Shown: piece by piece, positions 26,801 through 40,600 of the stretch | How positions within the stretch are numbered: position 1 is the stretch's first letter | How the letters are laid out: each line of letters opens with the position of its first letter | NCBI GenBank assembly: GCA_051362555.1 | Contig: CM120640.1 | Location: 59,932,788-59,996,787 of the forward strand | Length of the DNA stretch: 64,000 nt | From: Lingula anatina | Lineage: Eukaryota > Animalia > Brachiopoda | Reading direction: 5' to 3' | Program-made: the position numbers and the translations under genes | Notes under the pieces: model-generated | Seen by the model: the letters and a program-made list of their open reading frames with translations, nothing else | The model's database searches: none | Told to the model about the DNA's origin: nothing

Positions 26801-29800
26801 TTTTGTTCCCAATGCCACAATGAGTGGAGGAGACCATAGCAAGATGAAGGTTCTCACAGGGCCCAATGCCAGTGGAAAGAGTGTCTATCTGAAACAGGTT
26901 ATATATGCACTTTAAGAAAAAAATTCGATCTTTATTTTCGTATTATATTTTTTCTAGTGTAAAGGCTGCCTAGAAATTTGTCTGAATTTGCTGTTATGTG
27001 GGTGATGTGTACATGTATGCACATGTGTACCAAAAGCTGTATATACTCATATTTATGCATGTGAGTATAAGCATATACACGGTACATGTACTAGAGTTTT
27101 ATTGGTCAATTGCTGTGGTGTAGTGTTAGATGAGATTTTGAATGAAAATCTATGTATTCCAAGAAATTCATAACACTGTGTTTTGAAGCTGGATAGCTAA
27201 TCTCTTATTAAACTGTCTTAATGAGCTCATTATATTTTATAGGGATACAATTTATATCTTGTTCATTGATTGTCTTGTCTATTTTTCTGAAGGTTTTTCT
27301 TTCAAAAGGAGACCAAAGAAAGAAAGAAAATGTCCACATTTTGATGTCTGCAATTTCATTGGTTTAAAACTCACTGCATGTGATAGGGACATTTTGTTTG
27401 AACAACATTGCCTATGGAATCTACATCTATTCTCTTAAGTCTTATAGCCTTAGTTTCTATTGGACTTTTAAGGTGTCAAGAGGCACACATGTATAATATA
27501 CAGTAGTAAACTTTTTCTTTGCAGGTAGCCCTCATAACATTTCTTGCCCATATTGGTAGCTATGTTCCTGCTGAATCTGCAAGAATTGGTCTTCTGGACC
27601 GTATTTTCTCTCGTATCAAAACAATGGAGAGTGTCTCTGTGGGTCTTTCTACATTCATGATTGATTTGAACCAGGTAGGCAACAATAGCAGTGAGTCCAA
27701 CTTGTTGTTATATGTCCTGACATATTACACTTTTCAAGTCTAATCCTTCTGCAAAGTATTGAAGTAGGTTATGAAGCAAAAACTTAGTACTTTGATAATA
27801 TATTAAAAATTAAGTATAATTTATTAAATCTATAATGATAATGATAATTTTTTTTGAAAGTTTGCCTATTGATGTCAACTTTTTTTCTTTAATTTAACAA
27901 AATACAGGTATCAGCAGCAATAAACAATGCCACACAAAATTCTCTGATCATTTTGGATGAATTTGGAAAAGGCACAGAGACGGTATGTTATATTTATACC
28001 AATGAAGGATATACAAGCATTATTAGTTGTTTTTTAAATTATACCTAGCCTAGCTGGCACATCACCTGTTTGAATGATTTTTCCCTATGCCCATTTCCAC
28101 ATGCCCATATATTTTAGAAACCTCAGTTAACCTATGAATGAAAATTGGGCTTATATTTTAATAATAATGAAACAGTACAGATGTACTTTATTTCAGTTTT
28201 GGTCAAACATGATGTGTGTGTGTATGTGTGTGTTTATATGTGCCCTCAAAAATATACTTCAATAAATGAACACATTTACTGCATGTTAAGAATATGTGAT
28301 GAGGTATCCATTCTATTTAGCTATTATTATGTTGAATATGTGTCTAATTTGCAAACATATCTTGTGTATTTCAGACTGATGGTTTGGCTCTATTATGCAG
28401 TTGTTTAAAGCACTGGTTAGCACTTGGTTCCTCCTGTCCTCATGTACTGGTCTCAACACATTTTCATGGACTTATTCAGCACAGACTACTGCCAAACTCT
28501 CAACAACTTAAATTTCAGGTTTATTTGAATTTTTTTTTTACCTCATACATAATATATTACCATGAAAGATTAATTTATTATTATTATTATTATTTATTAT
28601 AACATTTTTAGAAAAAATACTTTCAAGTTTATTTTAGTGCATTTTTGTTTTTCTGATTATTGCACAATTCTGTTAATTTTGAGTTGCTAGGCGAATTATT
28701 AGTGAAAAAAATTCCACTGGTGAAAATGTACATATGAGAGGTTTTATTACATTTAAGGTCTGAATTGGCCAAGAGAAATATTATAGCTTTGCAGGATATA
28801 TTTAGACATAGAAAATATGGCTTTAGGATATTTTAAACATGGATATTATACCTTTAATTGCAAAAAATAAAACTTATTTAAAATTTGTTTAGATAACAAG
28901 TTACTGCTATGATATTTTTAAAAAAGATATCTTGGTTTTGACAGTCAGTTCTGATTTCTTAAAATCAATTAATGGAATGTACCAATAATGGGAGCACAAC
29001 AGATGTCAAATCAAAATGAATTTTTGGTCATTAGCAACTGTGAACTCACTGTATTTTGAGACAGAAAATTCACCCTCTTTATATAAACAAAGGAATATAC
29101 AGAACATGTGACTGTGGGAGTGATCTCATTGACTACACCTGTCAGTGTATAACTGTACGCCACAGTTTTGGCTTTCATACTTAAAAGGCTAGATTTGATT
29201 ACTCTGAAGGAGATTAATTGTTGATAATTGGTCAGCTCCTGTATATTTCAAGTTCAATGGTTATATACTTTATGACAACACTCCCCTATATCAATCTGAC
29301 CATGAATTTTATTTTCGGCAACTGCATATTTTAAATAATGCATTATGATTTGGCACTTTTCATTATATAGAAATCAGCACTTTAAGTGTACAACAAGTAT
29401 ACTATATTACAATTATTTATTTTTAACATGTGGCATCTTCATTTTCTCCAGACAATGGACATTGTGCAGAATGAAACAGAGCTGGTTTTCCTGTATCAGC
29501 TGATAGATGGCAGCACCAACTGTAGTCAGGCATGCCATATTGCTGCTCAGGCAGGATTACCAAAGGAAATAGTCAGCAGAGGACTGGAGGTACAGTACAG
29601 CCACAAGTTATGATTAATAAATGCACTGATTTTGTTGAATTAAAGGGCTCCTTTATCATTTGGATGAATGGAATGTTTTATTCAAGTTTATAAATAGGAA
29701 TTGATAGTACGTATTCCGAATATTGTGCACCAGATACATATATATATAGTAACGTTACCTTACTTACATGTATTTAACATGCTGTTGAATCCTTTTTTAT

Positions 29801-30317
29801 TAATGCTTTTCCAAAAGAGAGTATCCCCTCAACTCCACTTTCAATCATTTAAAAAAGGGGGGATTTGTCATGAAATCATCATAATTTGATTTATTTTTTA
29901 AAAATCTTTAGTTGATGATATTGATTGTTTTAGGTGTCAGAGTTATTGCGGAAAGGAGAACCTGTCCATAGACAAAACACCTCCAGCACCCTGGCACTCT
30001 ATAGGAGGTTGTAAACATAAATATTTATTAATCTGCTGGATTTTTACTGATTCAAGTTTTAAAAAGGGAAATATATCTACATATTTTAATTCATATTTGA
30101 GGATGGCTTTTTAGAACCTTTTTTATTTTTGAGTTGAACTGAAGAAAATGGCCTTTCACCTGAGAATCTTCCTTGTTATAAGTCTCGGCTTAATGCTTTT
30201 ATTTGTTTCAGATGTGAGAATGTTGTAAACAAGTTCTTACAACTGGATTTGGAGAAAGAAAACCTAAACGCTTTTCTTCAAGAGTTTGTCATTCCTGCCA
30301 GCATAGACCTTAACTAG
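13219..30317 (+). CDS. MSH5: MutS homolog 5 (meiotic MutS-gamma subunit), 27 coding exons, 838 aa
   Basis: Exons 13219-13380, 14087-14210, 14617-14703, 15523-15582, 15794-15915, 17086-17195, 19365-19400, 20252-20340, 20645-20690, 20846-20984, 21269-21331, 22169-22240, 22461-22517, 22634-22706, 23078-23187, 23928-24005, 25477-25522, 25677-25718, 26087-26183, 26492-26581, 26771-26897, 27525-27674, 27908-27982, 28375-28518, 29452-29589, 29934-30007, 30212-30317 (2517 nt, in frame, all GT-AG). Motifs: [20 protein letters not shown], Walker [27 protein letters not shown], Walker [14 protein letters not shown]. No N-terminal mismatch-binding domain. An acceptor AG at 13196-13197 implies an upstream non-coding exon. 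Confidence 0.95.
13624..13664. repeat. (GT)n microsatellite
   Basis: Perfect GT run in MSH5 intron 1. Confidence 0.95.
15069..15130. repeat. (AT)n microsatellite
   Basis: Perfect AT run. Confidence 0.95.
18440..18635 (-). mobile_element. MITE family A (PIF/Harbinger-like), reverse copy
   Basis: Reverse complement of the copies at 33237-33452 and 58733-58946. Flanked by TAA...TAA; one TIR has an internal deletion. Confidence 0.85.
19438..19568. mobile_element. Small MITE with 11-bp TIRs
   Basis: CAGACATGAGC...GCTCATGTCTG, flanked on both sides by TATAAC. Confidence 0.6.
21499..22087 (+). mobile_element. Tc1/mariner-superfamily deletion derivative with a decayed transposase C-terminus
   Basis: TA|CAGGGTGGTTCATAAAAAA...TTTTTTATGGACCACCCTG|TA. 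Internal FQQDSAPPH and [35 protein letters not shown], interrupted by a stop and a frameshift. Confidence 0.9.
23809..23854. repeat. (ATT)n microsatellite
   Basis: Trinucleotide run; it explains the poly-Ile ORF in the ORF track. Confidence 0.95.
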
Positions 30318-31310
30318 AAGCATTTTGTGTTGTCAAAGTGAAAAGAAAGATATGAAAATATTTCTGAAAATATAAACTTTTCATTTTGCCCTTTGTAATA
30401 TTTAATTATATGTTCTACACATAGTTAAATACACATACACATATGTATCTTTCAGTAAAGAAAAACTTTATGTGTAATGGACAAGATGGTCTGCCCAGTA
30501 AAATTAAATTTGATTCCATTGTTTTTATTCCAATTTATCTGTTTATAATTTTGTTAAGTTTTGATATTTTTTTTAATATTCTGCCAGGTTGATATCTACT
30601 TGTTTTGGATCCACCTTTATATATGATTTTCAAATGCGTAACTTGATATTTGTCTTTTTTAAGGTTTTATCTTTTCATAATTTTAATAAGTTTGACATTT
30701 TAAGTCATGGCCATGTTTATATATATTCATTGGTCCATTAATTTTTTACAAAGTTTACATTTTTTTCTTTCAACATTTACTCAACTTGTACTTAATTATT
30801 AATTATTTTCACATTGTATATCACAGGAACTTTTTTTTTTTTTTTTTTTTTTTTTGTTCCTTTATGTTGAAGATTGATTTTTTAACTTAATGGAAAGTTC
30901 AGAATTTAAATATGATATATTTTAAAATGATAATAATTAATAAGCTCCTTTGTATTGTTTTCTTGACATAAAAATACTTTATATACCATGTCATGTTTCA
31001 AGTTGGAATTTGATTGGTTTTTGATAAAAATTTTATTAGTATTTTTATTTGTATATTTGTCCAGTGTTAGACAATTAGATGGGAATTTTAAATAAATACC
31101 AAATACTGATTTTTTTTCTTCTCTGTCAAAGTGAAAACAGCTTTTAAATTGTGATAAGTGTTCTTGCAAGTCCATAGATGAGGTGTATGAAAAATGCAAA
31201 AATATTAGCCGCGTTCGTTAACTGTGATGTTGTGACCGAGAAGAGCGTGTCATCATTCCCCCCCCCCCCCCCGCCCCATTTACCAGGTTCTCATAATGCA
31301 TCAAAAATAT

Positions 31311-31515
31311 AGGTCAAGGTCACAGTCATTTATGTTGTCAGTTTTATTGTCTTTCTGTGTTTCTTTCTTTTTATTTTCGGCTCACGAAAATTTAACATTC
31401 ACAATGTTGTTCTTTGGTATAAATTTTGAAGAAAATTGAGTGTTTTTAGGCAGTTTTATGAAGGCATATGCATTTCCTTTCGTATCGAGACTACACCCCC
31501 ACTCTGATGACGTCA
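31311..31515 (+). promoter_or_regulatory. Candidate MFSD14 promoter elements: DR0 and a full CRE
   Basis: AGGTCAAGGTCA at 31311-31322 and TGACGTCA at 31508-31515, in a CpG-retaining patch upstream of the ATG at 31615. Confidence 0.45.
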
Positions 31516-31614
31516 CGTACAAGGATTTTGGAGCAGTAGTGATGGTACATAAAAGAGAAATATGTGTTTCTATTTCTTGCCTATATAAACTATGTATATG
31601 ATGTCTAAAATACA

Positions 31615-34600
31615 ATGATTGGAAAAAAGAGAAAGAGAGTAGTTGGAAGTATTATCAGAACCAGGAAATCGGCTTTACGGGACATAAAGTCGGTAAGTAT
31701 CGTAGGTAAAGTGAAGAATATGTTGCTCATAAATGCAACCTCTACTATTTATATGATATATCTCATTGTAAATATTATTTATCTGTAAATTTTAAGACTT
31801 ACCCTTATACATGTGTGTCTCATTATATGTAGTGTTGCCTATGTTTGTAGCTTGATCATGCCACGTACATTATGGTTTACATCAATAGAGTTCTGTTCTT
31901 TTCTGTACCAATCACGTGTAATCGTTGAACCGTTTGGAGTGCAGCCCCCTGCCTGTATCATTCTGATTGAAAACCTTTACTAAGTTCACAAATGCAGACA
32001 CAATGCTGTCATTTTTTTTTTTTTTTTTTTTTGAGTTGTTTATGTTTTAATACATTTCATAGATACGTTCTATTTAACTTGAACTGTATTACTGATACTT
32101 GTACTAGTGTATTACTAGTACTTGAGTATGTTACATGGCCAGCCATTTAGATATAGATATTATGAATAAGGTGTTCATATGTCCTCCTTCCTTGCATTGT
32201 ACTGTTTATTTAAGTTTTTTAAAAAAATGTGGTAGAATTATCTTGTCTGTGAGCAAAATGACAACCTAAACTGAGAAGACTCCCAGAAGCTACAGGGAGA
32301 ACCACTCCCATTCAGAGAGTACACTCAGTTAAATGAACACCATTCAACTCTGTTAGCACTCTCCATTATTATTTTGTTTTGATAGATTTCTTGATGATGA
32401 TAATATATTATTATTTTTAGTTTTTCCATGCGAATAAACTACATATAAAACCATATTGACAAAATACAAAGAAAAATGTAGTATTAATAAGGGTAATAAT
32501 TGATTTTTTAGGTAGATCTGATTTTTATTCAATTTTTGTAAATCTCTGATAACTGATCAAACCAGCCCTTTGCAGCACCCATCATTGACACATAATTCAT
32601 ATGCTTTAGCAATATGCCAAGTATTGTAAAACAGTCCTTGTTCATCAATTTTCATACAGATTCTGGGAGTATGCAAAGGATACAAAGTTCCTTCCGGCCT
32701 TACTAGTGTTCTCTCATGCCTCACAGTCAATGTATGAATGCAATGCACCAGTTTATTCACTAATAATTGTATTAACATGATAACATCACAGATATTGTTG
32801 TTAAATTCCAATACAGTAATAACATCAGGATACAGATACAGCTTGGATGTTTTCCAACTTATCCCCCCAACAGTAATAGTAGATCTACTTTCAGAATGTT
32901 GTCAGCAAGAGCTCTGTCTCCTGGTAGCTCTCCAACTGCACTGTTCTCCATGTCTGTTTCTTCACACATTTTAACAATCGTGCATTAGCAACCAGATTGT
33001 ATTAAAATAATTGTCACTATTGGCTCATCCCCAATGAAACTATCAGTCTACATAGATCAGTCCAACTCTGCAGGAACTCTTGCTGAATGCAATCACATTA
33101 GTGGATTAATAAACCTTCCCCTGGCGTTATGTAGAATACGGTAAAGCTGGTGATTATATGAGTACCCTGGAAACGAGTAGGTGTTTTAATCTTATTGCAT
33201 TCAGTGAGTCTCCGTGAAATTGGATCAATCTACTTAGGGCGTATTCCCAGAGCTTTTAGATCGATCTATCCCCGCGGGGAGTCTCACTAGATTACTGTCA
33301 GATAATCCGGCTTAAATGTCAGTCCCGCCTACTACAAGCTGTAAGGGGGTAATTAACTTTCGTGCCCGCTCGGCTGACAGCTATTTAGCATGAACCCCAG
33401 GGAGTTAGGTCGATCTAAAGTAGATCTATCTAAAAGCTCTGGGAATACAGCCATAGACTGATAGTTTCATTGGGAATAGCTTTATTTGTTTACACTGCTC
33501 TCACAATTATATCAGTATACTACTTAGTACTGTGCATCAGTGGGAAAGTTGCCCAGCTCAGTTTCACAGAAAATTTAGTTGACTAGATTTGGTCATTATG
33601 CTCCATGTCCAATGTCTATCTTGGTTCCATTTTTAGATTGTAGTTGTTATGGTGTTACAAATACTAATAAAATCACACTTTTGTTCATTGTGTGAGCTTC
33701 CAAACTGTCAAGCTTCAGACTTCAGTCTGAAATTAACTTAATTTTAATATGAGCATTGTATTTAGTCAGACTGGGTTCCCATACCTAGATCGATCTAATA
33801 GGATCAATCCATCTTTAAGGGGTTTCTTGCTAAATTGCTTTCAGCTTAAGCAGGTTAGATGTCTGGCACACCTACTGAAGCTGCTAAATGATAATTAATT
33901 AGGCCACACTTTTTTATTTTTATGGATGACATCCTCTGGGTACCCCAAAATTGGTGCGAGAAGGCGAAAAAAAAAAAAAAAAACAGTCCAAAAAAAAAAA
34001 TACTGCTTAAGTAAAGGAATGCTGTCAGTACACAGCTGGAAACACAAATTTTACCACAGAAACACGTATCAAACTAACAATATGTCTTTATCCATGCTCT
34101 CAAAATATTAAAGCATTGTGAATACTTCGTAGAAATGTAAAAAAAAGTCATGAATAGATACACTTCTTATTACAAAATCTATTAAGGTTATTTCATGCAT
34201 TTTGTTGGTATAGCAATCAATAAAACAAATATCAAACAAACAGTGTGTCTTTATTTGTATTCTCAGAATATTAAAGCATTTTGAACACTTCACAGAAATG
34301 TTTAAAAAATGGTGCAAAGATATGCTTAATACTACCAAATCTATTAAAGGTCATTTTGGACGATGCCATTTTGTCTACTTCGACTCACACGGCCAAACTG
34401 TCAGGTGGCCTGTCCGACCTTCATCCCACCAAATACCTCGACGCCCTTGTCGACCCTTTTTTCGCTACAGAAAACCTGGTAGCCTATGTGCTGCTTTGTA
34501 CAGAATGTCACTGAAATTTTTCGGGCGATAATCGCTGGTGGCCACCAGTCTTTCGCACAATTGTAAAAAGGTGATATCTCCATGCCCAATATCAATGGCA

Positions 34601-37600
34601 TACCAATCCAAAACGATGGCACCTGTTCTCTTTATGACTTTAATTGTCCTGTAATTTGAAAGTAATCCTAGAGATGAATTTGATGGCAAAGCGGCCACAT
34701 TTCCACGTGGCGATAATACGCATGCGCAGAAAGCTCATTTCCTGGCAAATTCAATAACGACGTTTGCGACAACCGACTTCGTTGGGGGCTGGGAGGGGGG
34801 ATTTTTTTTTTTTCCGGAGAACGGGCGAAAATCGGTGCGCGCGCAGGATGTCATCCATAAAAAAAAAGTGTGGCCTTACCCCCTAGCAGCCTCAGTAGGC
34901 ATGACAAATATCTAAGCCTTTTAAGTTAATTGCAATTTAGCGCGAATCCGCTTGGAGATTAATCGCTCCCCAGTTAGTACGATAGGGTCTGGGAATGGTC
35001 CCTTAGAGTAGGCCATTTGCATCCCAAAGCTTCAGCACATAAGCCTGTTTTATTTGCTTCAGGAGAAATATGCTTGCTTTCAGTAACAGCCCAAAAGTGA
35101 TCAGATTTTTTTCTGATTTGTCTTTGCAGGCAAGTAACCAATGATAAACAAAAGACAAAATCCTGCAAGTACAATGTATTTGGTATGGGCACAATATTTA
35201 CAGTTTTTGTTTGTACAAGTTGCATCTTTCTTCATGATATTGTTTTTGCACAACGAGCACAGCTTTGTTAATGTTGCACCAAGAGCACAATCTTTTTAAT
35301 TTCATTCGGGTCTTGTAGCTTACTTTAATTTACTTTCCTAAATTGATAGTAATGCCATGACTTTTTTGATCTGTTGTGTTGCAGTATTGCTTAGTTTTTT
35401 GTCATTGGCGAAAGATTTTTGGTTGTACGTTTTGCTGACGATAACCTCACTTTTTGGTTTTACGTTTTGCTTAAGATAACCTCACCTTTATCTGGTGAGC
35501 AAAAAGGCCTTGGGGTGAAGGGGCTGCAATTGTATTATTGGATGTTATATAACCACAATATCATTTTGAGTATTTGGTATCATCAGTGCAAAAGGCCTTT
35601 CTAAGGTATATAAATCTTATTTGTTTGGCAATTTCCTTAACGTTTTGTTTAATGCACAAAATGATGTCAAATTGATTATCCCTTTACACCTTGTGATAGA
35701 TTACCCTCAAAATAATATCAGAAATTAATACTTCATAGAATATCAAACAAGATTACCTGATATTTTTGACCAACATAATTGTACCACCAGCGTTAGCGCT
35801 GGCGGTACACATGGTTTCGGTCCCGTCCGGATCGTTCCGCCGGCTCCGCCGGCTCCGCCGGACGGCTACCGTTACCGCTTCTCCTCCTAGACGGTAAGGG
35901 CCCCCGTACCCATCTCATGGATTTAGGTCACCTATAATCTCAACTCGTTCCACGTAAAATTTGGGCTTTGTCGGTATTGGGGTCTGGGTGTGGCACTCAT
36001 TACAATGCACCCTTGTCTAAAAATGGCAAAATTAAATGCTAATTATCTACCCTACGGAAGGAGTTATGGGAAAAATTTCTATAGACGGCTTTCCAAAAGT
36101 CATATGTGTAGATTTCAAATATACCCTTGGATTTGACCTTTGACCTTTACTTCAAGGTCAAATAGGCCAAAATTTTCAAAAAAATGAAATTTTTTACGAA
36201 AAAAAATTTTTTTGCCCTGTTATTCAGACACTACACAGACTTAACCAATAATATTATTGGAAAGTGTTACCCTTCAGGTCATCTTTCATCTCCATGAATT
36301 TGGGGTCAATCGGTGCATTTTCACGGGAGTAGCGGCCATAAGATACCGAAACTGAAAACTGTCTCTAATTCGGGAACCGTTAATGCTAGAGACCCATTCT
36401 TTTTTGCATTTTGTAGAGCATGTAAAGCCCAACACTGGAGGTGGTCTCCGTTTTTTTTGTATTCCATACGGTTTTTGAGTTACGCTGTATCAAAAAGTAC
36501 ATATTGGTGGTAAAAGCAAAATGTGCAGTACGGTAATGGATAATAAATTTTGAACTCTGGAAAAATAAAACATAAGGCTTGGCAAAGCAGACAACTTGTG
36601 TTCAAAAATGACATTATTTCATCAAATTTGAACTTCTGAAACTTCAGAGCACCTCCTATTTCAAGAATTTTGACCAAAATGACATTTTCTCTATTTTAAT
36701 TAATTTTTTCTGTACGAAATTTAAGGCACATTATGGTAACTCCAAAATTATAACATTTAGTCCCTTATATCTCCAAAACTGGCAGAGATAGGTCCATAGT
36801 TACTATTGAAGTTGAATAGGAAGTCATATACTGGCTATCTTACTGTGACCTTGAAATTGACCTTTAACCTACTTTTCACCATGAACTGAACTTTGCAAAT
36901 TTTGCTTCCCTTTTATCTCCAAAACTGGCAGAGATAGGTCCATAGTTCTTATTGAACTTGAATAGGAAGTCATATACTGGCAATCTAAATGTGATCTTAA
37001 AATTGACCTTTGACCTACTTTTCACCATGAACTGAACTTTGCAAATTTTGCTTCCCTTTTATCTCCAAAACTGGCTGAGATAGGTCCGTAGTTACTATTG
37101 AACTTGAATAGAAAGTCATATACTGGCAATCTAAATGTGACCTTGAAATTGACCTTTGACCTACTTTTCACCATGAATTGAACTTTGCAAATATTGCTTT
37201 CCTTTTATCTCCAAAACTGGCAGAGATAGGTCCGTAGTTACTATTGAACTTGAATAGGAAGTCATATACTGGCAATCTATATGTGACCTTAAAATTGACC
37301 TTTGACCTACTTTACACCATGAACTGAACTTTGCAAATTTTGCTTTTCTTTTATCTCCAAAACTGGCTGAGATAGGTCCGTAGTTACTATTGAACTTGAA
37401 TAGAAAGTCATATACTGGCAATCTAAATGTGACATTGAAATTGACCTTTGACCTACTTTTCACCATGAATTGAACTTTGCAAATTTTGCTTTCCTTTTAT
37501 CTCCAAAACTGGCAGAGATAGGTCCGTAGTTACTATTGAACTTGAATAGGAAGTCATATACTGGCAATCTATATGTGACCTTAAAATTGACTTTTGACCT

Positions 37601-40600
37601 ACTTTTCACCATGAATTGAACTTTGCAAATTTTGCTTTCCTTTTATCTTCAAAACTGGCAGAGATAGGTCCATAGTTACTATTGAACTTGAATAGGAAGT
37701 CATATACTGGCAATCTATATGTGACCTTAAAATTGACCTTTGACCTACTTTTCACCACGAATTGAACTTTGCAAATTTTGCTTTCCTTTTATCTCCAAAA
37801 CTGGCAGAGATAGGTCCGTAGTTACTATTGAACTTGAATAGGAAGTCATATACTGGCAATCTAAATGTGATCTTAAAATTGACCTTTGACCTACTTTACA
37901 CCATGAACTGAATTTTGCAAATTTTGCTTTTCTTTTATCTCCAAAACTGGCTGAGATAGGTCCGTAGTTACTATTGAACTTGAATAGAAAGTCATATACT
38001 GGCAATCTAAATGTGACCTTAAAATTGACCTTTGACCTACTTTTCACCATGAACTGAACTTTGCAAATTTTGCTTTCCTTTTGTCTCCAAAACTGGCAGA
38101 GATAGGTCCATAGTTACTCTTGAACTTGAATAGGAAGTCATATACTGGCAATTTACTGTGACCTTGAAATTGACCCTTGACCTATCTTACGAAGAACTTA
38201 AATTTGATTGTTCCATATATATTTTTTGCAAAAGTTTAAAAATTCTTGTTGATTGCATTTTAACAGCTTGTCAAGCACAAAACTGGTGGCTGTGTCCCTT
38301 ATTTTGTGTATGTGGGGGTCTATACGAATGCGCTTGCTCCAGCTGGTGGTACAATATTCGGAGGCGGTATCGCCTCTCTGATCCTCTAGTTAGTCTTAGT
38401 CCTAACAGTCACTGTCATCTGCTCCCCCTTTCCTTCATCTCCCATTAACAGTTACTCACAGTCACTTCAATAATAAGACATTCCCATCAAGAGAGAGGGG
38501 TCTTGCTATAAAAATGCAAATGACTTGATAGATAACCCTGACAATATGAGTGTTGCAGTATTTAACTCTGTGCACATATAAGAGTTCTGCCCAATGTCAG
38601 TCATATCTTTACAAGAAAGCTAAATGTAAAACTTATTTTCTTATGTGCTGTTGACATTTGTTAATTTTCGAAATAAGATGAGTTACTCAAAATGGTATGT
38701 ACAGTAATTGTCAAGTAAAAATATGTGAATAAAAATTTAATCTGTTTTTTCTTTTCAGTCGTCTGGAATAGGCAATCCATCAGTATACCATGCCTTAGTA
38801 GTGATATTCTTGGAGTTCTTTGCATGGGGGCTGCTCACAACTCCCATGATATCTGTAAGTAAACCAGGTTTCCTTTCATAGAGTTACTATTATGAATTGT
38901 GGAAAGTTGTCTATTATAATGTATGTTTTTACAGCAAGAATTGCATTAAGTTGATGAATTGATTTAAAACATGTCTGAATAGAAGATTGCTTTAAACCAC
39001 CCTGACTGATGTTTGACACTTTGTGTCTATTTTCAGTCAGATGAACACCCCATCTCTTGTTCAAATATTCTTGTATAAAATCACCAGCTTTTCTGTATTC
39101 TACTCAATGCCAGGAGGAGGCATGTAAACTGTAAATCTGATCAGATTGCATTCAGCGAGAGTCCCCCATAGGTTGATTAATCTAGGTAGAAAAATAGTTT
39201 TATTGGAATTGATGAGCCCTTAGATATAGCTCTTTTTTGTACAGGAGCCAAGTAACAGATGTTGTGCCACACTTAAATTTGAATATGTATACTCAATACT
39301 TGTATGATGATCAGTCTGTCAGTTAAATTAATATATTTCACTACCCCCCCCCCCCCCCCCCCCCCAAATGTGGGCTCAATGAAGCAAAGGTATATCCTTC
39401 TGTGATTTCAAATAAGCAACAGCTGTTGGATCTCAGCAACCCAATCAATTCAATAAAATAGTAACTTTTCTTGAAACAAATTTCCAGCAGTTGTTTGATG
39501 TATAAGCACAGCAGACTTTGGTTTGAATGATTTTCCTCTCAGGCCTTCGTATATCACAACATATTGTCCTTATTTATTTCAGGTGTTAGATGAAACATTT
39601 CCAAAGCATACTTTTCTGATTAATGGACTAATACAAGGAGTGAAGGTATGGGCAGAATGAATGGTGAAATAAACACCAATACTCATTCCTATCCTCAGAA
39701 ATTTAAAATTATTTTTTCCAACAGTTTTACTTCCTTAGTTTGAAAACTATTATTCATCTCATGATCTATACTTAGTAGAAATACCCAATATTTATGTATT
39801 TGTCATTGTTTTGCTCTAAATTATTTTCCTGAAGTTTGAAGAACATACTGTAATGTATTTGGTACATTATGACTGATCTTCTGGAAATGGTATGAGAGCA
39901 TACTAAATCCTGCATTTTAGTGCAGCCTTGAAAATCAATAATGTTAGATATTTGTACTTTGTGGAGCACTCAGCTTTTATACATATTAATTGTTGTCAGT
40001 GAGCATACATTCTCGCAAGGATATAATTATATACCAGAAATGTTTCAACACAGCCTTGATTATGATATCATATAAAATAGGACTTAAAATGGATTGAATG
40101 CTAAGCCTTCTTGGTACTCAATTTATGATGCTGTAACATGATTTATAACAAACTTTTTTTTTTTTTTACAAAATCATAAGGTCCCAAGAGTTAAAATATA
40201 TTACGCATACTATATTATTACTATAGTTAAACAATGCAACCATTTTTACCACTTCTCTTTTTGAAACTTAATCACTAAACGTTAAATAATCTGCCTATAA
40301 ATTGCTTTCAACCTGCATCATGTGAATGCATGGTGGTTTTGTACACTGGCTGAAAACCACTTCAGTATTTCCACTGTTCTAGGACATTATCTTATTCCTG
40401 GCTGTTCTGACCGTTGACTATCTTCATCAGACAGCCTATCATACAACACAACACGTCTTGTTGAGATGTAATAGCGGTAAACTTTAATAAGAAAAAATAA
40501 ACAAAATATAAGTACAAAGACAATAACAAAGTAAACTTTACAAAACTATTTCGTCTAAAAACTGAAGGCCAATTACGGTAACATAGTTGTGATGATAGTA

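Noticed and set aside
36771-38184. Regular array as a possible CRISPR array; ORFs 37161-37466 and 37745-38050
   Set aside because: Whole units repeat with no unique spacers, there are no cas genes, and the array sits in a eukaryotic intron. The ORFs are by-products of the repeat.
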